NCBI GenBank assembly: GCA_963579905.1
Contig: CAUZIZ010000009.1
Location: forward strand, 1,333 to 65,332
DNA: 64,000 nt
Source: Acidobacteria bacterium UBA6911
GTDB taxonomy: Bacteria; Acidobacteriota; UBA6911; RPQK01; JAJDTT01
Direction: 5' to 3'
Of this stretch, positions 61,491 to 64,000 are shown in pieces. How positions within the stretch are numbered: position 1 is the stretch's first letter; each line of letters begins with the position of its first letter. Below the pieces are notes generated by a model that was not told the DNA's origin, searched no databases, and saw only the letters and a list, made by a program, of their open reading frames with translations. A program made the translations under genes and the position numbers.

Positions 61491-61932
61491 ATGAGTTGGC
61501 TCGGGGGAGGCCGAAATCCAAACCAAACAGATTTCTGAAGACCTGGTTTCCGAGCCCTCAGCGGATGCAGGCGGCTCCGGTTATGACTGTCTGGCTCCAG
61601 ACGGTTCCGAGATTCGCCTGCTGCTGGCTCGAAAAGGAGGGAGTCTGGTCCACTGCAGTCTTGGAGCGGGCCAAGTATCGGCGCCGGTTCGCCATCAAAC
61701 GGTGGAGGAGCTCTGGTATTTCATCGAAGGGCAGGGAGAAGTCTGGCGCAGGCCTCCGGGAGCGGCAACCGGTGAGGTGACCTTGGTGCGACCTGGAACC
61801 GCCCTCGACCTACCGGTAGCAACCCACTTCCAGTTCAGAAACACGAGTACCCGGCCTCTGCGGTTCATCATCGTCACGATGCCCCCCTGGCCAGGTGACG
61901 AAGAAGCAGTACCGGTTGACGGTATCTGGTAG
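61491..61932 (+). CDS. Cupin domain protein; start possibly frameshifted
   Basis: Frame open from 61495: LAPDGSEIRLL..H..VRHQTVEELWYFIEGQGEVW..HFQFRN..MPPWPG. The nearest ATG (61491) is one base out of frame. Confidence 0.8.
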
Positions 61933-62329
61933 TAGCGGTGGCCTCCAGGCCCCCGTCCCTCGAGCCAGAGGCTCGAAAGAAAGAAGACTTCGGCCTGGAG
62001 ACCGAACCCACGTCCTGATCCCGCAAGCAAAGCGAAGTCTCAGCTCAGCCCCACCCCCAGCAGCGCTGGCCCAATTCGAGAAAGAAACTTCGTCTGAATT
62101 CATCATCTACGCTGAAGGCGTTATTGCGTGTAGCCCAGGGTTGCAATGCGAAGCGAGCTGCCCTGGGTTTAAGTTGTCCCCTGCCTTTCCTACGCTGAAA
62201 GCGTTGTTGCCAATACGCCGCGGTCCGCAATAACCCCGTTGGGGTATGGGCCTTTAGCGAATCTGACCCAGGGTAGCTCGCTTCGCATTGCAACCCGGGG
62301 CTACACGCAATAACACCTTCGGCGTAGAT
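61932..62329 (-). mobile_element. Modular repeat cassettes I1 and I2 in tandem (cargo 4 and cargo 7)
   Basis: Cargo 4 at 61932-62014 (reverse complement of about 37494-37575). Degenerate L CGAAGTCTCAGCTCAG 62033-62048. R TCAGCCCCACCCCCAGCAGCGCTGGCCCAATTCGAGAAAGAAACT 62045-62089. Long palindrome 62105-62329. Confidence 0.8.
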
Positions 62330-62381
62330 CCTCTCGAAGCAAACTCGTGGTTCCCTCCCAAGTGTGCTGAGGTCGCAGAAG

Positions 62382-63644
62382 CTAATTCTGACTCATCACC
62401 CAGCTGGGTTTCTTCAGAGCTTCGGCGTAGAGCTGCTTCCACTGACCCGAACCATCGTCGGGCACCACTTCCATCTTCACACCCGGAGCGAATACGGGTC
62501 GGCGTCCGTTCATGAAGTCATCCCAATACTGTAGGCCGTGGGCGTAGTAGTCTGCTTCTCCGGCAGGCCAGGAGACACGGATCAACAGGTTTGGATGAGG
62601 ATAGGGCTTAGCGATAGGGTCGATCCGGAATCGTTCGACGGCATCCCAATCCACCTCAACTCCGAGCCCCGGACCCTGGGGGATAGGAGCGAGGCTTCCC
62701 TCGACCTGGATCGGTTGTTTCAGTAGGCTGTTCTGGTAGAGGTTGTGGCAGTTGACCGCAGGCCAGCGCGCGTGGCTGCACACGGCCGCGAAGTGAAGGG
62801 CCCAACTGGCTGTTATTCCCGTCCCTACCAACTGCAGCCAGAAGACTTTGTTGGCCTCGGCGATGATGTGGGCTTCGTGCAGGATCTGGCTGGCACCGCC
62901 GTGTACTACGAATCCATCGCAGACATTCTCCTTTAGCGCCGTCATCAAGGGGGGATTTCCCACGTGCATCGCCAGGGGAATCGAGGTATGACGCCGAAGA
63001 TACTGGTTGCCCGCTACGTCGCTCTGGGGGATCGGAGATTCGTAGATCTTGACGTGAGGGTAGCGCTCCAGCTCGCACAGGAGTCGGACGGCGTGAGCCG
63101 AATCGTTGCACAGGGTGTTGAAGTCCAGATCGATTTCGAAGTGGTCTGGCACCTCGGAGGTGACCGTCCGCAGCTGCTCCCTCAGATCGAACCAGGGCCG
63201 GGCTTTGACCTTGTAGCTGGTGTAGCCGCCGGCAATGGCCTCCCTGCATTCTGAGAGCCAATCTTCCGCCGGCATCTCAAGCGACCACCAGGAAATGTGA
63301 GCCTGATCTCTGACCCGGTTGCCGAGCAGTTGATAGATGGGAGTCCCCAGCGCCTTGGCGACCGCATCGAAGAGAGCCATCTGGAGGCCCGACCCGAGGG
63401 AGTCGTCCCACATCAGCTCGGTGGCAGTTCCTCCGATGGCGCGGCTCACGGATTCGTCGGTAACCGCACCCCAGGTGTAGAAGCACATGGTCTCACCCAG
63501 GCCCTGGACTCCGCAGTCGAGTTCCACCTGGCAGAACTCGAAGATGGTCCAATGGGGAAGCTCACGAATCATATTCCGACGAGGCACTTCTCGGAAGGGG
63601 ACATCCAGCCAGGTTCGCTTGATGCTCTTTACGGTCAGGTTCAT
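62382..63644 (-). CDS. Mandelate racemase/muconate-lactonising (enolase superfamily) enzyme
   Basis: GLGE, MALFDAVAKALGTPIYQLLG, YKVK, LDFN, YESP and PQGPGLGVEVD. Confidence 0.9.
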   Translation of the reverse strand: MNLTVKSIKRTWLDVPFREVPRRNMIRELPHWTIFEFCQVELDCGVQGLGETMCFYTWGAVTDESVSRAIGGTATELMWDDSLGSGLQMALFDAVAKALGTPIYQLLGNRVRDQAHISWWSLEMPAEDWLSECREAIAGGYTSYKVKARPWFDLREQLRTVTSEVPDHFEIDLDFNTLCNDSAHAVRLLCELERYPHVKIYESPIPQSDVAGNQYLRRHTSIPLAMHVGNPPLMTALKENVCDGFVVHGGASQILHEAHIIAEANKVFWLQLVGTGITASWALHFAAVCSHARWPAVNCHNLYQNSLLKQPIQVEGSLAPIPQGPGLGVEVDWDAVERFRIDPIAKPYPHPNLLIRVSWPAGEADYYAHGLQYWDDFMNGRRPVFAPGVKMEVVPDDGSGQWKQLYAEALKKPSWVMSQN

Positions 63645-63654
63645 GGCGAACTCC

Positions 63655-63717
63655 TCGGTTGCGAGCTTTCGGTTGCGAGTTATGGGTTACAGGTTACAGG
63701 TTACAGGTTGCAGGTTG
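63655..63717 (+). repeat. Degenerate heptamer repeat (GGTTACA/GGTTGCA)
   Basis: Directly visible; a short reverse-complement version lies at about 49594-49613. Confidence 0.8.
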
Positions 63718-63812
63718 AAGCCCTTCACCCAGGGTTCTGCTCCCCGCACTTGTGACGACCTGGCTGGAGCGCTACCATACGTTACGGATCCTCAACAGTT
63801 TGGAGGTGTGTT

Positions 63813-64000
63813 ATGGGTGCTGAGAGTCGTCGGAACTTCTTGCGAAAAAGTGGATTGGGACTGGCTGCTACTGCGAGTCTGGGTGGTCGTCGGAGCGTTC
63901 GGGGAGCCAATGATCGGATGGTTCTGGGAATCATCGGATGCGGCGGTCGCGGACGTCGTCTAGGGCAGGAACTCAGCTCCTTTGGCGATGCGCGGGTCGC
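63813..64000 (+). CDS. Gfo/Idh/MocA oxidoreductase, Tat-exported, 3'-truncated by the window edge
   Basis: GGAGG RBS; MGAESRRNFLRK..GANDRMVLGIIGCGGRG. Confidence 0.88.
   Translation, partial: MGAESRRNFLRKSGLGLAATASLGGRRSVRGANDRMVLGIIGCGGRGRRLGQELSSFGDARV

Noticed and set aside
1200-62089. CRISPR array interpretation of the repeated L/R motifs
   Set aside because: Copies are dispersed and degenerate, separated by long palindromic repeats rather than unique ~35-bp spacers, and no cas genes are present.
55281-63717. Diversity-generating retroelement or retron
   Set aside because: No reverse transcriptase motifs and no template/variable repeat pair differing at adenines were seen.

Overview
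GC-rich bacterial window (gene repertoire suggests Acidobacteriota or a similar PVC-like heterotroph; inference only). It holds about 50 genes, mostly exported or Tat-signal hydrolases and beta-propellers: two amidases, sulfatases, sialidase-like, kelch, PQQ-like and SMP-30 proteins, and six paralogues of one uncharacterised GH32/43-like propeller family. It also has a TRAP/TAXI transporter, moeB, yajQ, msrA, and an FHA-GAF-PP2C gene next to a Ser/Thr kinase. I saw no rRNA, tRNA, CRISPR array or intact transposase. Two things stand out. (1) About a third of the genes are broken by nonsense codons, frameshifts or deletions, some of which create gene chimeras. (2) Intergenic DNA carries a modular repeat system: about 12 units at 9 loci with two fixed, asymmetric ends (L ~CTAAGCTGAAACTTCA; R ~AGTTTCTTTCTCGAATGGG..CAGCG..TGGGGCGGGACTAA). 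These ends bracket interchangeable REP/REPIN-like palindromic cargos and join head-to-tail through a shared CT(A/G)(A/G) tetramer. Three classical MITE families and heptamer tandem repeats are also present. All calls come from reading the sequence and recalled motifs; no searches were run.
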